DNA from: Candidatus Latescibacterota bacterium
GTDB taxonomy: Bacteria > Latescibacterota > UBA2968
Assembly (NCBI GenBank): GCA_965205975.1
Contig: OZ242195.1
Location: forward strand, 3,264,001 to 3,328,000
DNA length: 64,000 bases
Direction: 5' to 3'
Each line of letters opens with the position of its first letter. Within the stretch, counting starts at the first letter, position 1. Positions 1-8,991 of this stretch are shown here, piece by piece. A program made the position numbers and the translations under genes. The notes under the pieces were generated by a model. That model saw only the letters and a program-made list of their open reading frames with translations. It made no database searches and had not been told where the DNA came from.

Positions 1-280
1 TCTGCTCCTGCGACCGCATATCTTCGCCAATCTGTCGGCGCATCGTATCAATCTCACGCCGGTGTTCCTGAAATGCAACTCGCACAGCGCTTTTTTGTTC
101 ATCCGACAAAGCGAGATCACGACCCATTCGATCAATCATGCGATTGTAGTCATAAGGCCGCCCGCGCGGACCTGGCTGACGCAAAAATCTACGATCGGCA
201 ACAACGCCACACACCAGCCCCAGGGCAAAAATGCCCAGAAATAAAAGAACGGCCTGTGTGCGGGGAGAAAAAGAAAACAT
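1..280 (-). CDS. Partial (runs off window edge) periplasmic Spy/CpxP/heavy-metal-sensor-like helical protein, third gene of the ECF/anti-sigma operon
   Basis: Manually translated open frame from ATG at 280: MFSFSPRTQAVLLFLGIFALGLVCGVVADRR...RMGRDLALSDEQKSAVRVAFQEHRRE...; N-terminal hydrophobic helix and LxLSDEQ motif; no stop before base 1. Confidence 0.6.
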   Translation of the reverse strand, partial: MFSFSPRTQAVLLFLGIFALGLVCGVVADRRFLRQPGPRGRPYDYNRMIDRMGRDLALSDEQKSAVRVAFQEHRREIDTMRRQIGEDMRSQEQ

Positions 281-300
281 GATAGTCCCTTTGCAGTCGT

Positions 301-699
301 TTACTCGGGATAGATAATCAGGCTATCGGGTTGCACCTCCGACAGCACCATCTCGGTTTGCGAATCTAAATAATCCGACACCGTATTTGCCTCGGTATCT
401 CCATTATCTATTAACACCATAAAAATAACAGCAGCGGCAGCGGCCAATGGCACAAGGCGTTTACCCGCCCATACCAGGCTATTCCATAAACTCTCTTCCC
501 GAATCTGTGCCTGAACGCCATCCCACAACCCCGGCGAAGGCGCCATCGAACGCTGACTCAGGCGTCTCTGCACATGGCGAAGCAAATCGTATTCGGCGCG
601 AAACTCTGCATCTTCTGCTATCCGCGCTTCAATTTCGCGCGCTTGCTCCGCAGACAAATTACCATCAACATAGAGCAACAATTTATCGCGATCAGTCAT
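301..699 (-). CDS. Anti-sigma factor (N-terminal ZAS-like anti-sigma domain plus TM helix)
   Basis: LLLYVDGNLSAEQAREIEARI N-terminus, one TM segment; ATG at 699 overlaps the sigma factor stop (ATGA coupling). Confidence 0.8.
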   Translation of the reverse strand: MTDRDKLLLYVDGNLSAEQAREIEARIAEDAEFRAEYDLLRHVQRRLSQRSMAPSPGLWDGVQAQIREESLWNSLVWAGKRLVPLAAAAAVIFMVLIDNGDTEANTVSDYLDSQTEMVLSEVQPDSLIIYPE

Positions 700-1289
700 A
701 TCTCCTCCCCTTGCCATTCGCGGTACAGCGGCAAAAGCAAATCTCGTAAACGCGCCCGTGCCCGCGAAAGCCTCGACTTAACAGTGCCGACCGATACATC
801 CAAAACCTCGGCAATTTCTTCTTGAGAAAAACCCTCTATATCCTTGAGAACCACCACCGCGCGATGCTCGGGCGACAGATAATCGAGCACCTTCTGAATC
901 TCCTCGCGCAAACCAATGCGCTCAATATCATTTTGCGGTTTATCTGTACCCAAAAACCGATCCAGCGCCATATCGCTCGCCTCTTGCATCCCCTCGATAG
1001 AAACACGGTCGGGCCGCCGTTGCTCGCGCTGGGCAAACGTGAGACAAACATTGGTGGTAATGCGATACAAATATGTGTAAAAACTCGACCGCCCTTCAAA
1101 ATTTTCCAGTGCTTTATACACCCTGACAAACGCCTCTTGCGCCGCATCCTTTGCCGCTTCTGGATCGCCGAGAATCGAACACGCCAGACCGTAAATTCGG
1201 TCTTCATAACGTTCAACCAGATGGCGAAAAGCCTGCACATCGCCCTTTTGGCATAGACGAATCAGATCTCGTTCATCAAAATCAGCCAT
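696..1289 (-). CDS. ECF RNA polymerase sigma-70 factor (RpoE/SigW-like)
   Basis: Region 2 (DAAQEAFVRVY, SFYTYLYRI) and region 4 (EIAEVLDVSVGTVKSRLSRAR). Confidence 0.95.
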   Translation of the reverse strand: MADFDERDLIRLCQKGDVQAFRHLVERYEDRIYGLACSILGDPEAAKDAAQEAFVRVYKALENFEGRSSFYTYLYRITTNVCLTFAQREQRRPDRVSIEGMQEASDMALDRFLGTDKPQNDIERIGLREEIQKVLDYLSPEHRAVVVLKDIEGFSQEEIAEVLDVSVGTVKSRLSRARARLRDLLLPLYREWQGEEI

Positions 1290-1442
1290 TTATTTTTATT
1301 CCTATGAGTATGAATAGACATCCAATCTTATCTTTTTGTGTGTTCGCTGATTCGTCTATTCGTCTATTCGCTGATTCGTTGATTCGTCTATCCGTTTCGC
1401 AGGATTAGACCACCAGATCAGCGCTCGCGTTCCCTATAAAAC

Positions 1443-1472
1443 AAAAAAATGGACATCGCATTCGATGTCCAT
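1443..1472 (-). terminator. Intrinsic terminator downstream of ilvB
   Basis: Palindrome ATGGACATCG-aatg-CGATGTCCAT followed by a T-run on the minus strand. Confidence 0.7.
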
Positions 1473-1490
1473 GGTTGGCGGGATCGAGAT

Positions 1491-1568
1491 GGGAGACCAC
1501 GAGGGTCGCCCCTACATTATGATTTTCCATCTACACATACATCGGGCAACCACGAGGGTTGCCCCTAC
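1491..1568. repeat. Pair of GTAG-type REP-like palindromes
   Basis: GGGAGACCACGAGGGTCGCCCCTACA (1491-1516) and GGGCAACCACGAGGGTTGCCCCTAC (1544-1568); the second overlaps the ilvB TAG stop. Confidence 0.75.
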
Positions 1569-3331
1569 TCCGTAATAATATCGGCAAATGTCATACCCGA
1601 GGGAATCATGGGCAGCACATGCTCTTGATACGGCACAACCACATCGAGCAAATAGGGACCGTTGGAAGAAATCATGCGATCAATAGCCGGCACGAGATCC
1701 TCCTTGCGTTCCGCCCGTTCGGCTGGCACGCGGAACCCCTTTGCTATCGTCACATAATCGGGAAAAATCGCGTGACTCGGCGGAATATTCATATCTTCAT
1801 GCGCCTGCGCCGCTTCCGGATCCCCAATAAACGTATGCCCGCGATTGCTCTTATAAAAACGATCCTCCCACTGCACCACCATGCCCAGATGCTGATTGTT
1901 GAGAATCATAGTCTTAACGGGAATTTTCTCCGCATACAGCGTCGCCAACTCCTGTACATTCATCGCAAAACTGCCATCGCCATCAATATCAACAACCAGC
2001 GCGTCGGGAAACGCCAATTGCGCTCCCAGCGCAGCGGGCAAACCAAAACCCATCGCCCCCAAACCGCCCGACGTGAGCCAACGGCGCGGCTCATCAAAAG
2101 GATAAAATTGCGCCGCCCACATCTGGTGTTGCCCCACCCCTGTAGATATAATGGCCTTCCCGTCCGTCATCTTATAAAGCATCTCAATCGCATACTGGGG
2201 CAAAATAACATCTTCGACATCCTTGTAATTGAAAGGATATTTCTCCCGCCACGTTTCAATCTCATCACACCAGACCTGATAATCGCCCGGTACAACAACA
2301 CTGTTCAGCTCTTGCAGGGCATATTTGATATCGCTCACAATCGGCAAATGAGCCACCTTATTTTTATTGATCTCAGAAGGATCAATATCGATATGCACAA
2401 TGCGACCGTGTTTGCAAAACTCTTCGAGCTTACCCGTCACCCGATCATCAAAACGCACCCCAAAAGCCAGCAACAAATCGGCGTGATTGATGGCGTAATT
2501 GGCGTAAACCGACCCGTGCATACCCAGCATCTGCAAAGACTGGGGATCTGTTTGCGGAAAAACACCCAGCCCCATCAACGTCTGCGCCACGGGAATACGT
2601 GTTTTTCGAGCAAACGCGCGAAGCTCTTCCGACGCATCTGCAGTCACAATCCCCCCGCCAGCATAAATAAGAGGGCGTTTGGATTCTAAAATCGCCTGCG
2701 CAACCTCTTGAATTTGCGCACGGCTGGCGTGCAAATGTTTGGGGGTATAGCTGCGAATAGAAACCGTATCTGGAAAAACGGGCACACAAACACTTTGCTG
2801 CACATTTTTGGGAACATCGACCAGCACAGGACCGGGCCGCCCAGACGAGGCAATAAAAAACGCCTCTTTGACAACGCGGGGAATATCTTCAATGCGATCC
2901 ACGAGATAATTGTGCTTCGTAATCTGCCGCGTAACCTCAATAATCGGAGTCTCTTGAAAAGCATCGCGACCAATAACAGCAGTGGAGACCTGACCCGTGA
3001 TGGCAACAAGTGGCACAGAGTCCATTTTGGCATCGGCCAGCCCCGTGACCAGATTGGTAGCACCTGGTCCAGACGTTGCCATACACACCCCGACTTTGCC
3101 CGAGGCTTTGGCATATCCCTCAGCCGCAAAAATTTCGCCCTGTTCGTGCCGGCACAACACAACCTGGATATTGGAACGCGTGAGGGACTGGTGCATTTCC
3201 ATACTGGCCCCTCCGGGATAGCCAAAAAGAACTTCGACCCCCTCGCGGATGAGACTTTCAACCAGAATATCGGCACCGCTCATTTCGCCGGGAGTGGAAC
3301 CAGATGCCGGAGTCTGGGGATTGCTCGCCAT
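1565..3331 (-). CDS. ilvB: Acetolactate synthase large subunit
   Basis: [28 protein letters not shown]-binding motifs; start ATG 3331 after AAAGGAG. Confidence 0.97.
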   Translation of the reverse strand: MASNPQTPASGSTPGEMSGADILVESLIREGVEVLFGYPGGASMEMHQSLTRSNIQVVLCRHEQGEIFAAEGYAKASGKVGVCMATSGPGATNLVTGLADAKMDSVPLVAITGQVSTAVIGRDAFQETPIIEVTRQITKHNYLVDRIEDIPRVVKEAFFIASSGRPGPVLVDVPKNVQQSVCVPVFPDTVSIRSYTPKHLHASRAQIQEVAQAILESKRPLIYAGGGIVTADASEELRAFARKTRIPVAQTLMGLGVFPQTDPQSLQMLGMHGSVYANYAINHADLLLAFGVRFDDRVTGKLEEFCKHGRIVHIDIDPSEINKNKVAHLPIVSDIKYALQELNSVVVPGDYQVWCDEIETWREKYPFNYKDVEDVILPQYAIEMLYKMTDGKAIISTGVGQHQMWAAQFYPFDEPRRWLTSGGLGAMGFGLPAALGAQLAFPDALVVDIDGDGSFAMNVQELATLYAEKIPVKTMILNNQHLGMVVQWEDRFYKSNRGHTFIGDPEAAQAHEDMNIPPSHAIFPDYVTIAKGFRVPAERAERKEDLVPAIDRMISSNGPYLLDVVVPYQEHVLPMIPSGMTFADIITE

Positions 3332-3353
3332 TGCAAAAATCTCCTTTGTTAGA

Positions 3354-3390
3354 CAAAAAAAAACCGCCATTGCATTGTAGCGATGACGGG
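3354..3390 (-). terminator. Attenuator terminator of the ilvB leader
   Basis: CCGTCATCGC-tacaat-GCAATGGCGG hairpin followed by T9. Confidence 0.8.
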
Positions 3391-3427
3391 ACAAGATGTT
3401 TTTTCGATACGACCATCAATCCCATCA

Positions 3428-3508
3428 TCACATGGGTACAAGTACTACAACACGGCCTACAACAGCCGTTGTAATTGCAATGTGGGATGTGGTGATCTGA
3501 TGTGTCAT
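3428..3508 (-). CDS. ilv leader peptide (26 aa)
   Basis: MTHQITTSHIAITTAVVGRVVVLVPM, rich in Val/Ile/Thr, between the promoter and attenuator upstream of ilvB. Confidence 0.85.
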   Translation of the reverse strand: MTHQITTSHIAITTAVVGRVVVLVPM

Positions 3509-3538
3509 AACTCTGCGCTCTCTTTCAATGAGGAAAAG

Positions 3539-3567
3539 AAGATACAGGCTTAGTCCAGTTCTGTCAA
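3539..3567 (-). promoter_or_regulatory. Sigma70 promoter of the ilv leader
   Basis: TTGACA-17 nt-TATCTT. Confidence 0.7.
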
Positions 3568-3589
3568 GAAAACTCGTTAGTTAAAAGCA

Positions 3590-3648
3590 GGGCGAGGCAT
3601 GCCTCGCCCCTACATGGCATTGGCGGGCGAAAATTTTTCGCCCCTACA
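3590..3648. repeat. Pair of GTAG-type REP-like palindromes
   Basis: GGGCGAGGCATGCCTCGCCCCTACA (3590-3614, identical copy at 42337-42361) and GGGCGAAAATTTTTCGCCCCTACA (3625-3648). Confidence 0.8.
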
Positions 3649-3650
3649 TA

Positions 3651-4415
3651 TCACGTATCTTCCATCATATTAATCCGGTCTCGCAGTTCGGCAGCGCGTT
3701 CAAACTCTTCGTTGTCAATTGCTTCCATCAATTCTTTCTTCAGACGCTCAGACTCCGTGAGGGGGCGCTGTTGCTCAAGCTCGTTGAGCAATTCGTTCAG
3801 AGATTCAACAGAGCGTTTTTTTTCAACGTCAAATTCTTCCGCTTCTACTTCTTCCAGATTTTCGATCTTGTCGAGCACATCGCGAATAATGCGCATGCCC
3901 TCCGTAAAATTGTTCTTTTGCGATTCAATCATCACGCGCGCAATCGCGTGAATTCGCAAAACATAAGGCCACCATTTTTCGAGATTGAGACGATCGTTTT
4001 CCGCAGCAGCGTATTGGTTGACAAAACGAAACAGCCTCATGTTGCGCTCTGTATCTCGAATAACGCGGTCATAATCTCGTATTTGGAGTAAAAAAATATA
4101 CCGCTCGTAGAGCAGTCGGCTCTCATCAAAGAGTTCACGACAGTGCGCCTTTTTCAGTGAAAAACCATCGGATGTACCGTGTTCTTCAATGAAATGATGA
4201 AGCCTATCAGTAAAATGATCCAGCACAAACGCATTATTGTGCGGTTTGCGCCCATCGGGACGCCCGTCGAGCTCCATCTGTAGAATGCCTTGAAATGGAC
4301 CCTGATCTATGCGCACCTGAATTTTTTCAACGCCTTTGGACGAGAAAATTTTGCGAATGCTGTTTTTGGGATCATAGGGCCAGTGCTTCAGCAAAGGGCC
4401 AATATCTTCGGTCAT
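3651..4415 (-). CDS. Protein with C-terminal UVR (UvrB/UvrC) coiled-coil motif
   Basis: C-terminal LMEAIDNEEFERAAELRDRI motif; N-terminal LQMELDGRPDG segment. Confidence 0.75.
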   Translation of the reverse strand: MTEDIGPLLKHWPYDPKNSIRKIFSSKGVEKIQVRIDQGPFQGILQMELDGRPDGRKPHNNAFVLDHFTDRLHHFIEEHGTSDGFSLKKAHCRELFDESRLLYERYIFLLQIRDYDRVIRDTERNMRLFRFVNQYAAAENDRLNLEKWWPYVLRIHAIARVMIESQKNNFTEGMRIIRDVLDKIENLEEVEAEEFDVEKKRSVESLNELLNELEQQRPLTESERLKKELMEAIDNEEFERAAELRDRINMMEDT

Positions 4416-4629
4416 GGCAAGTTCCCTGATGTGTGGGAGAGACCTCCCTTGAACTGCTGACGGCGGAAGAATACCCGAACCTGTTGTGCCATAGGTTTCA
4501 ATCTAATTGCATTTGATTGCAGACGCAAGTATCATGTAGAGTGCGTAGTAATCCTTCTACCCATCACGTCTCACCGCCTTTAACGTCTCACCCGTTTCTC
4601 TCGTTTCATCTATATATAAAGGGAAAAAA

Positions 4630-5961
4630 ATGGGAACAGAAAAAAACACAGGATCAGTCGCAGAGTTTTTCAAATTTAACGCGCAAAACACAGATTGGCG
4701 CACTGAAACGACAGGTGGTATAACGACATTTGTGACAATGGCTTATATCGTAGCCGTGAACCCGGGCATCTTATCCGACGCATTGGGCAAAGATTTATTT
4801 CCCGAACTGTTATTCGCAACGTGTGCTTCTGCAGCCATCGCAACAATACTAATGGGCCTTCTGGCAAATTATCCCTTTGCCCTGGCGCCGGGAATGGGCC
4901 TCAATGCGTTTTTTACCTACACAATTGTACTGGGCATGGGCGTACATTGGAAATTGGCCCTGGGCGTAGTCCTCGCCTCCGGACTCTTGTTTTTATTATT
5001 AACTGTATTGCGAGTGCGCGAGGCCATTATCACAGCAGTGCCCCAACCTCTCAAGCTCGCCGCTGCCGCGGGTATTGGACTATTCATTGCATTTATCGGA
5101 TTTAAGAATGCGGGTTTTATTGTCGATGATCAAGCCACGTTGGTCAGCCTGGGCGATGTACGCACGGGACCTGTTGGATTGGCACTGGTGGGACTTTTTG
5201 GTACGGCCATTATGCTGGCGCGCGGCATCCGCGGTGCAATTTTACTCGGCGTAATCGGCGTCACCTTATTATCCATGATTATGGAACTCACGCCCTGGCC
5301 AACAGGTATCACAAGCCTTCCCGTTTGGCCCACCCATCTCTTTGGAGAAGCCATCTATCATCTGCCCCTCGCATTTCACACCGCAGTAATAGAACTCGTC
5401 TTTGCTTTTCTCTTTGTCGATCTATTCGACACCATGGGCACGCTGGTGGGATTATCCGAACGCGTGGGATTCCTGGATAAGCGAGGACGATTGCCGCGCG
5501 CCAACAAAGCACTGCTATCAGACTCTATTGGAACTGTATGCGGCAGCGTATTGGGCACCTCAACAGTAACGACCTATATCGAAAGCGCCGCGGGCATATC
5601 CTCGGGCGCACGCACGGGCTTTGCCAGTCTGGTAACCGGCGGCCTGTTCATCTGCACCTTATTTTTCACACCTCTGGTGCAGGCCATACCGTCCTTTGCC
5701 ACAGCACCCGCGCTCATCGTCGTAGGCGTCATGATGATGGCCCCGGCTGCTCGCATTGCCTGGGACGATATGTCGGACGCCGTACCCGCTTTTTTAACAC
5801 TGATAGCCATTCCCTTAACATTCAGCATTGCCGATGGATTGGCACTTGGATTTATAGCCTATCCCATAATCAAAAGACTGAGCAAAAAAGGCTCCGAGGT
5901 ACATTTTTTTATAGATGTGCTGGCCATCATATTTATTCTCAAATATGTCTTTATGTCTTGA
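4630..5961 (+). CDS. NCS2/AzgA-family guanine/hypoxanthine permease
   Basis: GITTFVTMAYI, PFALAPGMGLNAFF, TTYIESAAG motifs; about 12 TM segments. Confidence 0.93.
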   Translation: MGTEKNTGSVAEFFKFNAQNTDWRTETTGGITTFVTMAYIVAVNPGILSDALGKDLFPELLFATCASAAIATILMGLLANYPFALAPGMGLNAFFTYTIVLGMGVHWKLALGVVLASGLLFLLLTVLRVREAIITAVPQPLKLAAAAGIGLFIAFIGFKNAGFIVDDQATLVSLGDVRTGPVGLALVGLFGTAIMLARGIRGAILLGVIGVTLLSMIMELTPWPTGITSLPVWPTHLFGEAIYHLPLAFHTAVIELVFAFLFVDLFDTMGTLVGLSERVGFLDKRGRLPRANKALLSDSIGTVCGSVLGTSTVTTYIESAAGISSGARTGFASLVTGGLFICTLFFTPLVQAIPSFATAPALIVVGVMMMAPAARIAWDDMSDAVPAFLTLIAIPLTFSIADGLALGFIAYPIIKRLSKKGSEVHFFIDVLAIIFILKYVFMS

Positions 5962-6080
5962 AAGTTCCAAATACTGAAATGTTTGCGTGACATTTGCACC
6001 ATTTCGTTTTATTATTTTATTGCAACCAACAATATCCAATTGACACCAAATTATCCGCGACAACCTTCAAGGAGAGTTTC

Positions 6081-8939
6081 ATGCGTGCATTATTTATGAC
6101 TTTTTTTCTACTGTGGAGCACATGCTCGGTCATAGCTCAGGATCTCGGTAGCTTGACTGGAAAAGTGGAAGATGAAACGGGAGAAGCATTATTCGCAGCC
6201 AATGTCATAGTTAAAGGACCTGCTATTGAAGGCACTCGGGGCGCAATCACCAACGACCAGGGAAACTATCGCATTGAACGCTTGCCGCCGGGCATTTACG
6301 AAATCACCATCAGTTATATCGGATATGAAACCCTGGTTGCAACTGGCGCAGAAATCCGCGCAGGCGAAAGCATGACGCGAGATTTCAAACTGACCGCCGT
6401 AGCCCTCATCGGTCAACAAGTCGTCGTATCGGCATCGCGTAAACAGGAAAAAGCCCTGGACGCGCCCGCTTCAATAGCAACGATCGAAGCAGCCGAAATC
6501 AGAGATCGAGGCGTCCTGTCACCGACTGAACATATCAAGACCCTGCCCGGCGTTGACTTTTCCAAAACGGGCATCTCACAAAGCAACGTGGTGGTCCGCG
6601 GATTTAACAACGTATTTTCCGGCGCATTGCTCACACTCGTTGACAACCGCATTGCCCGCGTCCCTTCCCTGCGTTTCAATGCCTTTGATATGATCCCCGT
6701 TACCGGTGACGACATCGAGCGTATTGAAGTGGTTTTGGGACCCGGATCCGCGCTTTACGGTCCCAACACCTCCAGTGGCGTCATGCACATTATCACCCGC
6801 TCGCCATTTGGATCAGAAGGCAATACAATTTCCATATCTGGCGGGCAGCGCAGTGTGCGAAAATTATCACTGCGACACGCCAGCAGCCTCAACAACAAGA
6901 TCGGGATCAAAATTTCGGTTGGGCAAAGTTCAGCCCATGACTGGGAGTACATCGATCCTCTGGAAGTGGAATCACGCGGTTTTAATCCACGCGATTACAA
7001 CGCAAAAAAGACATTGGGAGAACTGAGACTCGATTTTCGACCAACAGATGACCTGACAATCATAGGATCAACGGGTTATACAAAAACAAGCGGTATTGAA
7101 TTGACGGGCCTGGGCGCGGGTCAGGCAAAAGACTGGACCTATAATTTTTATCAAGGCCGCCTGCTCTATCGCGAGTGGTTTGCACAGGTCTTCTTCAACG
7201 CCAGTGATGCAGGTCAAACGAGAATGATCGCAGCCGACGACCCAATTGTAGATAATTCATATTTGATGGTTCTGCAATTGCAACACAGTGCCAATTTGGG
7301 ACAGAAACAACACTTTGCTTATGGCGCTGATGTTCTGCGAACCCGACCCAAAACAGGGGGCACAATAAATGGCATGCATGAAGACATTGATAACATCGAT
7401 GAATACGGGGTCTATTTGCAAAGTGAAACCAGCCTGAGCGATCAAATCGAGCTGGTATTGGCCGGACGCATAGACAAGCACAGCCATGTTGAAGACCCAT
7501 TTTTCTCACCCCGCGCAGCACTGGTCATCAAACCCAGGCCACTCAACACCCTGCGATTGACGTACAACCGCGCATTTAGCACGCCTTCGACCACCAACTT
7601 ATTTTTGGACCGAATCGGCCTCCCCGATCCCTTTGGGTTCGGGGCATTGCAATCGTCATTGGGATTTAATCCAGCAATTGACGTTCGCGCGCAGGGCACC
7701 GCCGGTACCGGATTCACATTTCGCAGAGATGGCAATGGACTGCCCATGTTTCGCTCACCCTTCGCGCCCATCGCGGGCTTGTCAAATGACCACTACTTCG
7801 CCCTGCACGATCCGCAAGGCACCAATTTGATGTGGGGCGCTGCCAGATCAATAATAATGAGTATCCTTTTGGCGGAACTGGAACCTCTCGCAACAGGGCT
7901 TTTCGTAGATCGGCTTGGACTACCACAAGAACAAGCTGCTGCGGTAGCCGCACAACTGGTCGAAGACTTCCCCGGGATCATTCCAGAACAACTGCAGGGC
8001 TTGCAAAATACAGCCGGGACACTGAATACAGCAACGGCGAGTTTTGATCCCGAGCCCGACCTCGCCAATGCAGTGGCAGACATAAACAAAATCGAATCGA
8101 CCATCTCGGAAACCTTTGAAGTGGGATACAAAGGCGTCATCAATAACAAACTCATTCTCGCAGCCGATGTCTATCTAAGCAGAAAAAGAAATTTCACCAG
8201 CCCGTTGCGGATTGTAACACCCAGTGTGTTTCTCGCAGCCGGTCCCTTGAACGAAGCTCTGGAAAACGGAATTACCGAGAACTTAAAAGACCCTGCCAAT
8301 GCGAGTCTCGCAATTGCCATCGGTCTTTTAGATCAGCTCAACCTGCCGGATTTGGGCCTGGTTGGCAATGGCAACGGAACAGGCATAGATGAATTGACGC
8401 AGTTATTTGTATCCAACGCCGCGGGGATTCCCTTTGGCACCATGTCTGCCGAACAGGCATCAGACCCCACTGCGGTCATGGTCGCATATCGCAATTTTGG
8501 TCGCATAACGCTCTACGGTGCCGACCTATCGTTTGCGTATTATCCAAACGAAATATGGACTTTTACCGGCAATTACTCTTATGTCAGCGACGATTGGTTC
8601 CCCAATTTAGACAACATCGGCGACATAGCCCTCAATGCACCCAAGCACAAATTTAATATCGGTATCAATTGCCAACTACCCAATACCCCGATCACCATCC
8701 GCGGGAAATTGAGCTATCGCGGGGGTTTCCCCATGCAATCGGGTGTATATGTCGGCGATGTAGATGCTTATACTGTTTTGGACCTGAATGCCGCATATCA
8801 GTTGCCACTCTCAAATGATCGCTTCAAGATCACCTGGAATGTGGAAGCCAGCAACGTGTTAAACCAGGAATATCGCTCATTTATCGGTGCGCCATTTATT
8901 GGACGCCTAATCTTAACTGGCCTGAATATTCGGTTCTAA
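6081..8939 (+). CDS. TonB-dependent receptor with N-terminal carboxypeptidase-regulatory-like domain (copy 1)
   Basis: Signal peptide, VVVSASR TonB-box region, plug motif DIERIEVVLGPGSALYG, C-terminal F; start 6081 after AAGGAG. Confidence 0.93.
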   Translation: MRALFMTFFLLWSTCSVIAQDLGSLTGKVEDETGEALFAANVIVKGPAIEGTRGAITNDQGNYRIERLPPGIYEITISYIGYETLVATGAEIRAGESMTRDFKLTAVALIGQQVVVSASRKQEKALDAPASIATIEAAEIRDRGVLSPTEHIKTLPGVDFSKTGISQSNVVVRGFNNVFSGALLTLVDNRIARVPSLRFNAFDMIPVTGDDIERIEVVLGPGSALYGPNTSSGVMHIITRSPFGSEGNTISISGGQRSVRKLSLRHASSLNNKIGIKISVGQSSAHDWEYIDPLEVESRGFNPRDYNAKKTLGELRLDFRPTDDLTIIGSTGYTKTSGIELTGLGAGQAKDWTYNFYQGRLLYREWFAQVFFNASDAGQTRMIAADDPIVDNSYLMVLQLQHSANLGQKQHFAYGADVLRTRPKTGGTINGMHEDIDNIDEYGVYLQSETSLSDQIELVLAGRIDKHSHVEDPFFSPRAALVIKPRPLNTLRLTYNRAFSTPSTTNLFLDRIGLPDPFGFGALQSSLGFNPAIDVRAQGTAGTGFTFRRDGNGLPMFRSPFAPIAGLSNDHYFALHDPQGTNLMWGAARSIIMSILLAELEPLATGLFVDRLGLPQEQAAAVAAQLVEDFPGIIPEQLQGLQNTAGTLNTATASFDPEPDLANAVADINKIESTISETFEVGYKGVINNKLILAADVYLSRKRNFTSPLRIVTPSVFLAAGPLNEALENGITENLKDPANASLAIAIGLLDQLNLPDLGLVGNGNGTGIDELTQLFVSNAAGIPFGTMSAEQASDPTAVMVAYRNFGRITLYGADLSFAYYPNEIWTFTGNYSYVSDDWFPNLDNIGDIALNAPKHKFNIGINCQLPNTPITIRGKLSYRGGFPMQSGVYVGDVDAYTVLDLNAAYQLPLSNDRFKITWNVEASNVLNQEYRSFIGAPFIGRLILTGLNIRF

Positions 8940-8991
8940 AGCTATCTCTCCCATATAGAAAAATCCGGACCATTGCGGTAAGGAGGGTTGG

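Noticed and set aside
4416..4629. Possible purine riboswitch or 6S RNA between the UVR-motif gene and the NCS2 permease
   Set aside because: No purine aptamer core is present. A 6S-like CCTTGAAC fragment occurs but has no closing terminal stem partner.
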